Origin: an uncultured Acidobacteriota bacterium
Lineage (GTDB): Bacteria; Acidobacteriota; Terriglobia; UBA7540
Reading direction: 5' to 3'
DNA length: 64,000 bases
Assembly (NCBI GenBank): GCA_963804995.1
Contig: CAWDSK010000006.1
Span: 256,001 to 320,000 of the forward strand
The notes under the pieces were generated by a model that ran no database searches, was not told the origin of the DNA, and saw only the letters and a program-made list of their open reading frames with translations. A program made the translations under genes and the position numbers. Below, piece by piece: positions 9,894 through 20,252 of this stretch. Numbering within the stretch: the stretch's first letter is position 1; every line of letters begins with the position of its first letter.

Positions 9894-11018
9894 ATGGCCC
9901 GGAAGGCAGGTCAACTTATTTCTCGCGGACCCCACACGTGGCTGGTCCGTCTTTCTCTCGGCCGCGAGCCGGAAACCGGAACGCGGAAGTATCACAACAA
10001 GACAATTCGCGGCTCATTCCGCGAAGCTCAGACCTATCTGAATTCAAAATTGCAAGAACGTGATATTGGTCGTCTGCCGCGCGCGGCTGCGATCAGTCTC
10101 AATCAATACTTGGATCAATGGCTCTCCATGGCGGCGAAGCCGAGGCTGCGGCCGAAGAGCTACGCCGATTACGAAGCCCTTCTGCGGCTTCACATCCGTC
10201 CAGCATTTGGCGCCAGACCTCTTGGCGCTATCACTCAGTTCGACATTCAGAAGGTATACGCCCAGATGTTAGAGCGCGGGTTATCGCCGCGAACTATTGA
10301 GTACACCAACGCGGTTCTGCAGTCTGCCTTCCGCCAGGCAGTGCGCTGGAAAATGCTTTTCGAAGATCCATGCGTGGGCGTAGATCTTCCCCGCATGAAG
10401 CCGCGGGAGATGGAGGCTCTCAGCGTTGAGGAATGCCGGCGGTTTCTCGCCGTTGCAAGAGATTCGCACTGGTTCGGGTTATTGGCCCTGGCCCTGACCA
10501 CCGGAATGAGACCCAGCGAGTACTTGGCACTTAAGTGGGTCGATATCGACTGGCATCGAGGCACGGCGAGCGTTTGTCGGACAATTCAGCGCTCAGGGTC
10601 TGGCTGGACTTTCGAAGATACGAAACGCAAACGGAGCCGCCGTCTCGTAAAGCTGCAGGGCTTTGTGCTGGAAGCTTTGGAGAGCGTGCGAAATTCGTAT
10701 CTGCCAACGTCGGAAAATGAACCCAAAGTGGAGCGCGACTTGATCTTCCGGTCGGGCACCGGAGCTCCCTTAAGACAACGTACGGTAAAACGTGAATTCC
10801 GAAGGTTGCTGGAAGCCTCTGGCATTCGACCTATTCGGCTCTATGACCTTCGACACACCGCCGCAACCCTAGCAATCGCGGCGGGTGTATCTGTCAAGGT
10901 TATTTCCGACCAGCTCGGGCATGCAAGCATTTCGTTTACGCTGGAGCGCTATTCCCATCTACTTCCCAGCATCCAGGATGAAGCCGCCGCCCGAGTAGAG
11001 CGGCTGCTGATGGAGTAA
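9894..11018 (+). CDS. Tyrosine recombinase / site-specific integrase
   Basis: GGAGG RBS before ATG 9894; TTGMRPSE, YDLRHT, LGHASISFTLERYSH catalytic motifs. Confidence 0.95.
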   Translation: MARKAGQLISRGPHTWLVRLSLGREPETGTRKYHNKTIRGSFREAQTYLNSKLQERDIGRLPRAAAISLNQYLDQWLSMAAKPRLRPKSYADYEALLRLHIRPAFGARPLGAITQFDIQKVYAQMLERGLSPRTIEYTNAVLQSAFRQAVRWKMLFEDPCVGVDLPRMKPREMEALSVEECRRFLAVARDSHWFGLLALALTTGMRPSEYLALKWVDIDWHRGTASVCRTIQRSGSGWTFEDTKRKRSRRLVKLQGFVLEALESVRNSYLPTSENEPKVERDLIFRSGTGAPLRQRTVKREFRRLLEASGIRPIRLYDLRHTAATLAIAAGVSVKVISDQLGHASISFTLERYSHLLPSIQDEAAARVERLLME

Positions 11019-11504
11019 ATCTTCGTGTCGCCCTGAGGATTCACATTGGTAAGTAGGGCGAACCGACCCTGCCATACCTCTCAACGGGAGTCGTGTGCTT
11101 CAATCGACGCTCGTGGGGAGCGGGCGGACCCGGCCAAAAGCGCCAAAGAAACTGAGTCACCGGCGGAGAAGCGGAGGATACCCCGTTCAAAATTGCGTAT
11201 TCCTCAACGCGTCGTGATGGGATATTTCGGGAAGTTGCTACTGAGACCACGATCAGTTCCACCCCTTCAAAACCCTCATAAATCCCGATCTCCGCCGCCC
11301 CTGTGTGCGGGTTGTGTGCCGCGTTAAACGTCCCAGGCGCGGATGGAAAGCACGAACAGCACGGCCGCGCCTTCCGGAAAAGAGCACGTAACTCGAAACC
11401 GGCGCAGAGAAGCTGTGTCAGGTGCTGCGATCGGATTTGGAGTATTCCAATGTGACGCATACAGATTTTGCCCAACGCAAGGGCTGTCGTGGAACTTATA
11501 AGTA

Positions 11505-11581
11505 GAGACTGGGGACTAGAGATACCTGCCTCCAATCTCCTGCCGGTGTGTCTGGTTTTGATTTACCCACCAGTACCGCAT
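11505..11581 (-). pseudogene. N-terminal remnant of an HNH/restriction endonuclease-like gene
   Basis: MRYWWVNQNQTHRQEIGGRYL*SPQ resembles the MRYWWVNQNQT...GGYLWSPK start recalled for this family, with W->stop. Confidence 0.6.
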
Positions 11582-11659
11582 GTTCGAGCCGCCGGATAGC
11601 CTGGTGCAACTCACGTTGCCCTGCGGGAGTTCTCGTGAGTACGCAGAGAGGATGGTCGC

Positions 11660-12237
11660 ATGAGCGATTTCGAACACCGCCTCAAGCACGAGCTCGAGCC
11701 TGTATTGGAGCTCTCGGACCCGCGCACCCGCATCAGTGCCTATCACGACATGCCGTATGCGTTATTCCGCTACGACCCGGCGGAGGAATATGATCTGCGT
11801 CAGCAGGTCACTCTTCTCGAAACCCGACTCACGCAAAAGGGCAAGCGCGTCTGGCGCATTTCGCTCGCGGAATGTCTCGAACGAAGCAATGCGTTCCCAA
11901 CGACCGCTTGCAGAGTGGTTTACCGCAGAGCGCGAACAGGGCGTTGAGACAATTGTTGATACGGTTCACGCGGTGTTATCCGAGTATTCACCGCTCGTTG
12001 ATCTTGTAGCGAAGCGCATGCCAGAAGAACCAGACCCGATGCGTGATGTGGTATTCATCCTTCAGGACGGGTGCGTTGTTTCCGGTTTATCGGACGTTCT
12101 CACTCTTGGAGCAATTAAAAGGGCGTGTTTCCGTTCCGACCCGTCTGTTTTACCCCGGTACGCTCGATGGCGCCGCGGGACCTCGTTTCATGGATGTCCT
12201 GGATGCGGAGCACAACTACAGGCCGAAGATTTTTTGA
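11660..12237 (+). pseudogene. brxB: BREX BrxB (DUF1788), two +1 frameshifts (~11880, ~12060)
   Basis: RISAYHDMPYALFRYDPAEE...TGALFP...LFYPGTLDG...NYRPKIF pieces in successive frames, directly upstream of brxC. Confidence 0.8.
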
Positions 12238-12261
12238 GGAATCGATTTTTGAGAGATCATC

Positions 12262-13356
12262 ATGACTAACCAGCCGATCAAGACTCTCTTCGCCAGCAAT
12301 ATTCAGCGCCGGATCGAGGAGGTCATCAAAGTTGACCAAACCGATGACCAAATCCTCCGAGACGAAATAGATGAGTATGTGGCAACGGACGCGATTTGCT
12401 CTCACTATGTAGGCATTTTTGACACGTACCAGGCGACGCCGAACAAGCCTCACGAGGGTATTGGCGTCTGGGTATCGGGCTTCTTTGGTTCTGGCAAGTC
12501 GAGCTTTGCCAAGATGCTCGGATTCTCCATTGCGAACCGGCCTGTGGCGGGCGGTTATGCCGCCGAGCTATTTGCCCAGCGAACCGGCGATAGTTAACTC
12601 CAAGTATTGCTCAAGACCATCGTCGAAAAGATTCCAACTCACCCAGTAATATTTGACGTTTCGACCGATCGCGGGATCCGAAGCGGAAAGCAGACCCTCA
12701 CCGAAATCATGTACGGTCTATTTTTACAAAGCCTCGGCTATGCCAAGGACCTCAACCTATCCGAGCTTGAAATAGCACTCGAAGAGAAAGGAAGGTTGCA
12801 ACGTTTCGAGGAGGAGTATCAGCGAATCTTCAATAAGGACTGGCGATCAGAAAAGGGCAAGGTCGCATTCGCCTTGAGTGAGGCCAGCCGGGTCCTCCAC
12901 AGCCTCGATCCCCAGACATATCCGATGGCCGATTCATGGGTGAAAGCGGTCAAGAACAAGGCGGACATTACGCCGGGTAAATTGGCCGACCGGGCTACTG
13001 AACTGATGAAACGGCGGAAGCCAGGGCACAATCTGCTTTTCGTAGTGGATGAAGTTGGGCAGTTCGTTGCCCGTGACGTGCAGAAAATGCTCGATCTGCA
13101 AGCTGTCGTGCAAAATCTGGGTGTCAGAGGGCGCGGCAAGCATTGGCTTGTGGTTACATCGCAGGAGAAGTTGGGTGAGACCGTCAGCGGTCTCGATGAC
13201 AAGAAGATCGAGTTGGCCCGCCTCATGGACCCCTTCCCTTTGCAGGTGCACCTGGAGCCCTCCGATATATCTGTAGTTACAAGTCGTCGTGTGCTCTCGA
13301 AGAACGCGGCGGCACAAGCGACCCTTGGCAAGCTCTTCGATGAACATCGCGGAAGG
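12262..13356 (+). pseudogene. brxC: BREX P-loop ATPase BrxC, nonsense stop at 12595 and 3' truncation
   Basis: IEEVIKVDQ, VWVSGFFGSGKS Walker A, FVVDEVGQF Walker B, VVTSQE; ends where an IS fragment begins. Confidence 0.9.
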
Positions 13357-13417
13357 CGCACTGACGCTCCATGTACTTGGCAACGGTGGCTTGAGAAAGT
13401 TCAATTCCGAGCTTTAG

Positions 13418-14762
13418 CAGGCTGATGAAAAAAGCGCATTAGCGAACAAATTTCCAATCATAGCTGGCCTTCCGGGTGTGAAACTGGTGTGGGCAAGGAG
13501 GTGCGAGGCCGAGATTTTGGCCTTTCCGCGTCTTGCCACCGGCCCCTGGGGAGACGGGGGCACACTTCGGCCCGGGGTTCATGCCGTCGCTCCCAAGAGG
13601 TTTCGCATGCGCACGAGGTTGTAGGCTGCGGCGGCCCAGGTAAACATCCAGCCCACGCGGGGCAGTCCGCGATACCGTGTTTTGCGCAGCAGGGCCACGG
13701 TTTTGAACCACCCAAAGATTTCTTCCACCCGCTTACGTTTCGTCTGGCTCACGGCATAACCCGCATGCCGGGTTGTTCGTTGATCAATCGCACTACCGCC
13801 CCGACGTTCGGTGTTCTGGGCCACATGCGGAGTAACCTTCAGCTTACGCAGTGCAGCGACGTGTGCGGCAACGTCATAATTCTTGTCGCCGCCCAAAGTC
13901 AGGCGCCCGCGCTTCTGCCGGCGCTTCGCTTGCACCATCTCCTCCGCCGCCTCGCGCTCGGCGGTTCCCGTCGCCGGCGTCAACCGCGTCTCCACCACCA
14001 GACCGTGGCGGTTCTCCATCAGCACATGACCGAGGAAGCCCAATTTCGCCTCCTGCCCTTTACTCTTTTTGTACAACCGGGCGTCGGGATCGGTGCTGGA
14101 GGCGTGGGTGTCGTTGGTGCGCTTTTGGCCGCGAAAGTCGACGCTCGGATTCCCCGCGTCGGAGTCGGTGGGCGGCGGCGTACCGGTGCGGGGCTTGAAA
14201 CTCTTCTGCCCTGCCCAAGCTTCGATCAGCGTCCCGTCGACGGTGAAATGTTCGTCCGAGAGCAACCCCTTTTCCCGCGCCAACTCCCCGATTTTCTCGA
14301 AAAAGGCGCGCGCCACCTCCGCTTCCAGCAACCGCTCTCGGTTCTTCGAGAACACGCTAAAATCCCAGATCGGGTCGTCCATGTTCAGCCCCACAAACCA
14401 GCGGAACAGCAGGTTGTAATCCAACTGTTCCATCAACATCCGCTCGCTGCGGACCGAATAGAGGCACTGCAACAACAAAGCGCGCAGCAACTTCTCGGGA
14501 GCGCTCGAGGGCCGGCCCCGCTCGGCGTACATGGCCTCAAAGCGCGGCGAAAGGCGCTTCAACACCGTGTCCACCATCTGGCGGATGGGCCGCAAGGGGT
14601 GATCGGCCGGAACCCGCTGCTCCGGCGAGAGATAACTGAACATCGCACCTTGTTGAACATCGTCTCCACGCATGAGGTATCCTCCTGTGGAATCACTGAA
14701 ATAGATGATACCCCATTGCGTATTTCAAATCAAGGGCTAAGTAGGCTTTTTTCATCAGCCTG
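13418..14762 (-). mobile_element. Complete IS5-family element
   Basis: Perfect 18 bp IR CAGGCTGATGAAAAAAGC (13418-13435 / 14745-14762); TTAG duplication at 13414-13417 and 14763-14766. Confidence 0.95.
13579..14673 (-). CDS. IS5-family DDE transposase
   Basis: MFSYLSPEQRVPADHPLR, TVDGTLIEAWA, GGDKNYD, RKRVEEIFGW. Confidence 0.95.
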   Translation of the reverse strand: MRGDDVQQGAMFSYLSPEQRVPADHPLRPIRQMVDTVLKRLSPRFEAMYAERGRPSSAPEKLLRALLLQCLYSVRSERMLMEQLDYNLLFRWFVGLNMDDPIWDFSVFSKNRERLLEAEVARAFFEKIGELAREKGLLSDEHFTVDGTLIEAWAGQKSFKPRTGTPPPTDSDAGNPSVDFRGQKRTNDTHASSTDPDARLYKKSKGQEAKLGFLGHVLMENRHGLVVETRLTPATGTAEREAAEEMVQAKRRQKRGRLTLGGDKNYDVAAHVAALRKLKVTPHVAQNTERRGGSAIDQRTTRHAGYAVSQTKRKRVEEIFGWFKTVALLRKTRYRGLPRVGWMFTWAAAAYNLVRMRNLLGATA

Positions 14763-15294
14763 TTAGGAGCTCGCCGTGGATGCGTGGTGCTCCCCAGAGC
14801 GGATTCGCCAAGCTCATCTTCCGGATGAGGTCTCGAACTTCACGAGCCACTTCCGGCCTTCCCGGCCTGCCCTGCCTACTCTTCCAGGTCCAATACAGAC
14901 GGAATCCCCGGCGATGCCAGGCAATGACCGTTTCCGGCTTGACGATGATGAGCGCAGAACGCCAGCCGGACCACAGGTGCAGCAGCCATGCCCACAAGAG
15001 GCGGTCCCCTCCGTGAGTCGAACGCGCCCACGCTGCGACCTTCGAAGCACGTTTATCTGGTGACGGAGGGCAAGAATCTCTAACTGCAAGGCCGCCCGTG
15101 TTTGGAAGCAGGCGCGGATGGTACCCAGGAAGGAAAGGAATAGGGTAAACATGGGAGCGGGAAGCTTAGCAGCGGATGCGGACCAACATCAACGATTTCT
15201 ATCCGGACGGAGTCTTTGGTAGGCACAGGTGACACACCCCGCCCACCCGAAACCGAGGCATTACAAACCTCGCAAGAACATCGCAAAAAGCCTC

Positions 15295-15323
15295 TTGACA
15301 CGGAAATTAAGGCAGATTAAACT
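15295..15323 (+). promoter_or_regulatory. sigma70 promoter of TBDR copy 1
   Basis: TTGACA-17 nt-TAAACT; homologous promoter upstream of copy 2. Confidence 0.7.
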
Positions 15324-15485
15324 GACATGGCAGTTTGCGTTTCCTCCAATGGTTAATGAACTGCACTCGATATGCCAGCGTCGTCTCATTTCTTGTACGC
15401 GTAGTCTCAGTGCGGAGTAACGCGTATGACCCCATCAACCATCACAGTTCAACTGCCGCAGGAAAAGCAGAGAAAGAGGTGCGCA

Positions 15486-18400
15486 ATGAGAAGCACTCGA
15501 TCTCAGGTGTGGAGTGCGTTTACAGGCTTAGTTGTGCTGGTCGTGTTCTCGGGCTGCGGTATGGATCTGAAGGCCCAACTGGCCACCGCCACACTGAGTG
15601 GCGTGGTGAACGATACTTCGGGGGCTGGGATTCCGGGCGCGCAAGTGACGCTGCAAAGTACGCTCGAACAAGCCAGCCGTCAAACGGTTACTGACTCTAC
15701 TGGGGCGTATGTCATCCCCGCCATACTTCCGGGTGCCTACCAGTTGGTGGTCAAGGCGAGCAGTTTCGAGACGCAGACCCTTACCAACATCGTCTTAGTG
15801 GCTGGGCAGGGGAGCACGCTCAATGCGACTCTAACCGTAGGCAAAACGGTAACGGAAATGGAGGTCAAGGAGGCGCCGCCTCTCCTCCAGACTACTACCG
15901 CCACCGTGGGGTCGGAAGTCACGGGAAGCCAATTTGTTGAGTTGCCGACGCTAGGCCGGAGCTTTCAATCACTCCTGGCCATTCTTCCCGGAGTGGCATA
16001 CGTCGCCACCGATGCCTACAACTTCAGCATTGGTGGGGGCGGATACAACAGTGTGGGGGCATCGGTAAATCCCTCCGTATACGGCCAACGAAATCGGTCC
16101 AACAACTACACGATCGACGGCGTCCCCAATGACCAAATCAGTTATAACGGCATTCCTATGTATCCTCCGCCCGAGGCGATTGGGGAAATGAAGGTGGAAT
16201 CGGGTGCGGACTCCGGCGCCTATGGTTGGTCTTCGGGTGCAACCATTACGCTGGTAACCAAGGCGGGGACCAATCAGTATCACGGTGACGCCTGGGAATT
16301 TCTGCAGAATAACGCGTTGAATGCCAGGAGTTTCTTCCTGCCCAGTGTAGGAGCCTTTAAATGGAACCAATTTGGGGGAACTTTTGGGGGACCTCTGGTC
16401 ATTCCGCATCTGCTGTCCAAGGAAAGGGCATGGTACATCTACGGATGGTATGAAGGGGCACGCATCCACCGCGCCGACAACTTCACAGGTCTGGTGCCCA
16501 CGGCTGATGAATTAGAAGGGAACTTCTCTGGGGAGCCGCAACTCTATAATCCATACACGAGCGTGGCCAACCCTGACGGCAGCCTCGCCAGTCGGCAACC
16601 CTTTATGGGGAACCAGATCGGTGGCGAACTGAATTCCACCGCATTGCTTATTGCCAAGGCGCTTTACCCTGCCCCCAATCTTGCTCCAGGGGTCATTCCC
16701 GGGGTCAACTACCTGAATACGGGTGCTGACATAAGCACCTATGACCAGTGGAGCATCCGCGTTGACCACCAGTTTGGCCAGAAGGACAGCTTTTATGCCC
16801 GCTTTACCGATTCCCGAAACCCGCAGTCAAGCATTGGATTGCCCGCTCTCCCATCAGGCTCAACAGACAACTTCATGAATGTCGCCGTCAGCGACACCCA
16901 CACCATTGGCCCTACAGCTCTGGTTACGGTCCGATTCGGACTTCAGAGAACGAACCCAGAATACTTTACTGGGGGCCAGGATGTGCTCAAGGCAGCGGGC
17001 ATGACGAGTTCTTTTCCTCCCTACCACGGCACGTTCGATTTGTTGCCTCCCATTTCGATCGGTAACTATGCGGGCATCGGACAGGGTATGGGCAGCGATG
17101 GGCCTGAGTTCCTCTGGTCTTGGACGGTAGACGCACAAAAGACCAAAGGACGCCACACGATCTCGTTCGGTGGCCGCGTTATGCGCAACACGTTCTTCAC
17201 CGACTGTCAGACCGGCACTTTTGAAGAATTCACCGCGGACCAGACAGCTTTTGGTCCGGGAACTGGAGGTGCTCTGGCGAGCTTCTTACTGGGATTGCCC
17301 GAGGCGGCCGGGCGCCTCCCCGGAAAGACATTTGGGGACTATTCGGACATGGTGTATTCCTACTATGCGCACGATAGTTTTCACGTCACCCCGAAGTTGA
17401 CCTTGAACCTCGGGATGCGATGGGATTATGCCGCTCCCATGATCAACAGCTACGGGGCTTCCACTTTCATGTATGAGACAGGCCAGTATCTCGTGGACGT
17501 CAAGAATCCCATTACCGGTGCCCCTGCTAACATTCGGCGCGGGGGCGTGGCCCCGGATTATCGCAGCTACCAGCCCCGATTTGGGGTCGCCTATTCCATA
17601 ACTCCAAAAACCGTGGTCCGCAGTGCCTACGGCGTCTTCTCCGATGCCTTCGGGGCCACGGGACAAAACGAAGAAAGCAACCACGGTAACTGGCCCTTTG
17701 CCTACAGCCAAACCCTGGGAAGCCTCAACTTGACCACTCCGATGGCTTTTATTCAGGACCCGTTTCCCGGTCCTGCGGTCCCTACCCCCACTGCTTTGGG
17801 GTTGGCTCAGGGGATGAACTATGATACTTCGAGCTCGCGAACGGGCTATGTGGAAGAGTGGAACTTCTCCGTGCAACGCCAACTTACGTCTTCGCTGATG
17901 CTGGAGGCCTCTTACGTAGGATCCCACGGCCTCAAGCTACCTTCGCAAATCATCGACAACACGGCGTCAACCCCCGGCACGGACCCTTACCAGAATAGGC
18001 AGAAATGGCCCAATTTCCCGCCTTATGTCGAGAACAACTATCACGAGAACAGCTCCAGGTACAATGGTTTGAGTTTTAGACTTGACCAACGCGCCACCAA
18101 GAATCTGACCTTCCTGGTCGCCTTCACCTGGCAGAAGGCCCTGGACAACATGGACTCGATAGGCTCCGGTGTAAATGCGGCTCGCCCACATGACAACGCG
18201 AACCCGACGCGGTTTAACATTCGCCAGTTCTGGGGACCGGCGGGTTTCGACATAGAGAAAATATTTAACACGAGCTACATCTATGAAATTCCCTTCAAGA
18301 CCCAAAGCTCCTTGTTGAATGCGGCGGTCGCCCACTGGACGCTCTCCGGCAATATTGCGGCCGATGGCGGCTTGCCTTACTTTGTGTTTATCGATGGTGA

Positions 18401-18779
18401 CAATGAGAACATTGGGAGCGTGGGACGGCTGATGGAATTCCCCGATCTGGTCAGTAATCCCAACGCGATTTCGCAACGAACCCCCACGCAGTGGTTCAAT
18501 ACTGCGGCCTACCAAATGCCCGCGTATGGGTCCTCTGGCAATGCGGGTAGACACGCTCTCTTCTCCGACCCGCTCTTGAACTGGGATTCGGCGTTCGCGA
18601 AGCGGTGGCCTTTTGGAGAAAATAGATCGGTGGAGTTCAGGGGAGAGTTTTTCAACTTTCTTAACCAGCATACTTTCGCTCCTCCGGCTAGTCTAATTAA
18701 TGACTCTAATTTCGGAGTGGTGAATTCCACCCGTCAAAATGGACGGCAGATCCAATTCGCTATCAAGATTCATTATTGA
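15486..18779 (+). CDS. TonB-dependent receptor-like (Oar-type), island copy 1
   Basis: Signal peptide, carboxypeptidase-reg domain, NNYTIDG plug, RQIQFAIKIHY end; start at 15486 by RBS and paralog alignment. Confidence 0.93.
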   Translation: MRSTRSQVWSAFTGLVVLVVFSGCGMDLKAQLATATLSGVVNDTSGAGIPGAQVTLQSTLEQASRQTVTDSTGAYVIPAILPGAYQLVVKASSFETQTLTNIVLVAGQGSTLNATLTVGKTVTEMEVKEAPPLLQTTTATVGSEVTGSQFVELPTLGRSFQSLLAILPGVAYVATDAYNFSIGGGGYNSVGASVNPSVYGQRNRSNNYTIDGVPNDQISYNGIPMYPPPEAIGEMKVESGADSGAYGWSSGATITLVTKAGTNQYHGDAWEFLQNNALNARSFFLPSVGAFKWNQFGGTFGGPLVIPHLLSKERAWYIYGWYEGARIHRADNFTGLVPTADELEGNFSGEPQLYNPYTSVANPDGSLASRQPFMGNQIGGELNSTALLIAKALYPAPNLAPGVIPGVNYLNTGADISTYDQWSIRVDHQFGQKDSFYARFTDSRNPQSSIGLPALPSGSTDNFMNVAVSDTHTIGPTALVTVRFGLQRTNPEYFTGGQDVLKAAGMTSSFPPYHGTFDLLPPISIGNYAGIGQGMGSDGPEFLWSWTVDAQKTKGRHTISFGGRVMRNTFFTDCQTGTFEEFTADQTAFGPGTGGALASFLLGLPEAAGRLPGKTFGDYSDMVYSYYAHDSFHVTPKLTLNLGMRWDYAAPMINSYGASTFMYETGQYLVDVKNPITGAPANIRRGGVAPDYRSYQPRFGVAYSITPKTVVRSAYGVFSDAFGATGQNEESNHGNWPFAYSQTLGSLNLTTPMAFIQDPFPGPAVPTPTALGLAQGMNYDTSSSRTGYVEEWNFSVQRQLTSSLMLEASYVGSHGLKLPSQIIDNTASTPGTDPYQNRQKWPNFPPYVENNYHENSSRYNGLSFRLDQRATKNLTFLVAFTWQKALDNMDSIGSGVNAARPHDNANPTRFNIRQFWGPAGFDIEKIFNTSYIYEIPFKTQSSLLNAAVAHWTLSGNIAADGGLPYFVFIDGDNENIGSVGRLMEFPDLVSNPNAISQRTPTQWFNTAAYQMPAYGSSGNAGRHALFSDPLLNWDSAFAKRWPFGENRSVEFRGEFFNFLNQHTFAPPASLINDSNFGVVNSTRQNGRQIQFAIKIHY

Positions 18780-18839
18780 AGACCCGAGGAGGTTCGACAA
18801 AACTCCTTTTATCAACAAACTGTGCGGCCGGAGGAGCAG

Positions 18840-19020
18840 TCTGAAAGCCAACCAGAGGTAATTTCTTGAACGAGGTTTCGGGCAAGAGACCCAAGGAGGT
18901 TGGAAACTCTCGAACTATTCTGGATGACCATCACGTCGATGCTGTTTACACAGCCACTCCGCATCACTGGTATGGCGTGGTTACGATTTTAGGCTGTCAG
19001 GCAGGCCAAGGAAGATTCAT
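18840..19020 (+). pseudogene. Gfo/Idh/MocA oxidoreductase remnant
   Basis: RTILDDHHVDAVYTATPHHW...GCQAG motif; start region homologous to MKANRR at ~30885 on the minus strand. Confidence 0.6.
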
Positions 19021-19125
19021 TTCAGGCTGCTTCTCGATAGCTTGTGCTGAATGTGTGTAGTCAGGGAAAAGGGTTTTGCTGGACTCGGTTGAACCGACGA
19101 ACGGGAACGGAAAATTGCAACCACG

Positions 19126-20160
19126 ATGGGCAAACTAAAGGATGAGCTAACCCGCCGAACGTTTCTGACCAGCGTGGGTGGCGCTGCAGTTATGGCTGGT
19201 CTGCCAGGTTTTCGATCTACTTCGCTTGCCCAGGACGAGCCTCCGGATCGCATCCGGGTTTGCATCTTTTCCAAGCACTTGCAATTCCTGGAATGGGAGG
19301 AGATGGCCAAAACCGCCTCGGACCTGGGATTTGATGGGGTTGACCTGACGGTGCGAAAGGGTGGACATGTCGAGCCGGAGCGCGTGAAGGACGACTTACC
19401 CAAAGTTGTTGATATCGTGCGCAAGGCAGGTCTGGACGTACCGATGATCACGGCTGGGATCGCGGACGCGCATTCCCCTCATGCAGAAGATATTTTGCGA
19501 ACCGCCAACTCGCTGGGCATTCATCGTTATCGGTGGGGTTGGTTTTACTGGACGGATTCGCCGTCGTCTGAGGAGACCGAAGAAGGCCGAGGCTTGTTCC
19601 TCCCTGGGGGGAAGACGCTGGTGGAGCGGCTCGCCGAGCTTAAGGCGCGGGTCAAGACACTCGAGGCAATCAACCAGAAGTACGGCATGTGCGCGATGTA
19701 TCACAATCATCATGGTTCGGAAGTGGGCTGCTCCCTCTGGGACCTTTGGTGGATTATCAAGGACTCTGACCCGAAATGGATTAGCTCCAACCTCGACATC
19801 GCCCAAGCGGTCATCGAAGGAGGCTGGGGAGGGTGGATCAATTACGTGCGCCTGATGGGAGAATCGGGCTATATCCAGGGAACGTCGATCAAGGATTTTA
19901 AATGGGGCAAGGACGCTAAGGGACGGTGGGAGCCGCAGTTTTGCCCCCTGGGCGAGGGGATGGTCCATTTCAACTCCTACTTTACGCTGCTGAAAGAAGC
20001 CAAATTCTCTGGACCCATCCAGCTACAATTCGAATACCCATTGGGCGGTGCGGACATGGGTGCCCGAACGTTGAAGATCGACAAGTCCCAGGTCTTGTCG
20101 GCCATGCGCAGAGACCTCAAAACCCTCCGGCGGATGCTGAGGGAAGCACAACTTACCTAA
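19126..20160 (+). CDS. Tat-exported sugar phosphate isomerase/epimerase (xylose isomerase-like TIM barrel)
   Basis: TRRTFL Tat motif; GFDGVDLTVR, YHNH, IKDF, CPLGEG. Confidence 0.88.
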   Translation: MGKLKDELTRRTFLTSVGGAAVMAGLPGFRSTSLAQDEPPDRIRVCIFSKHLQFLEWEEMAKTASDLGFDGVDLTVRKGGHVEPERVKDDLPKVVDIVRKAGLDVPMITAGIADAHSPHAEDILRTANSLGIHRYRWGWFYWTDSPSSEETEEGRGLFLPGGKTLVERLAELKARVKTLEAINQKYGMCAMYHNHHGSEVGCSLWDLWWIIKDSDPKWISSNLDIAQAVIEGGWGGWINYVRLMGESGYIQGTSIKDFKWGKDAKGRWEPQFCPLGEGMVHFNSYFTLLKEAKFSGPIQLQFEYPLGGADMGARTLKIDKSQVLSAMRRDLKTLRRMLREAQLT

Positions 20161-20252
20161 ATGCTCAACCAGAGCGTCGGAGTGGCGCACGTAGTTGAGT
20201 GCTGGCAACTGGATCAGGGATGCAACCTCTTGCCTTTGGGGTATAAGATAGG

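Larger units (their letters stand above)
13357..15227 (-). mobile_element. Truncated rve integrase-core IS (TGT-ended), interrupted by IS5
   Basis: End TGTGCCTACCAAAG at 15227; LQLEILALRHQ...WGAPRIHGELL continues as KLGIELSQATVAKYM at 13357-13417. Confidence 0.85.

Noticed and set aside
13489..14766. Long antisense ORFs (also 6055-6966, 58261-59292, 59936-60937)
   Set aside because: Shadows of real genes in GC-rich DNA
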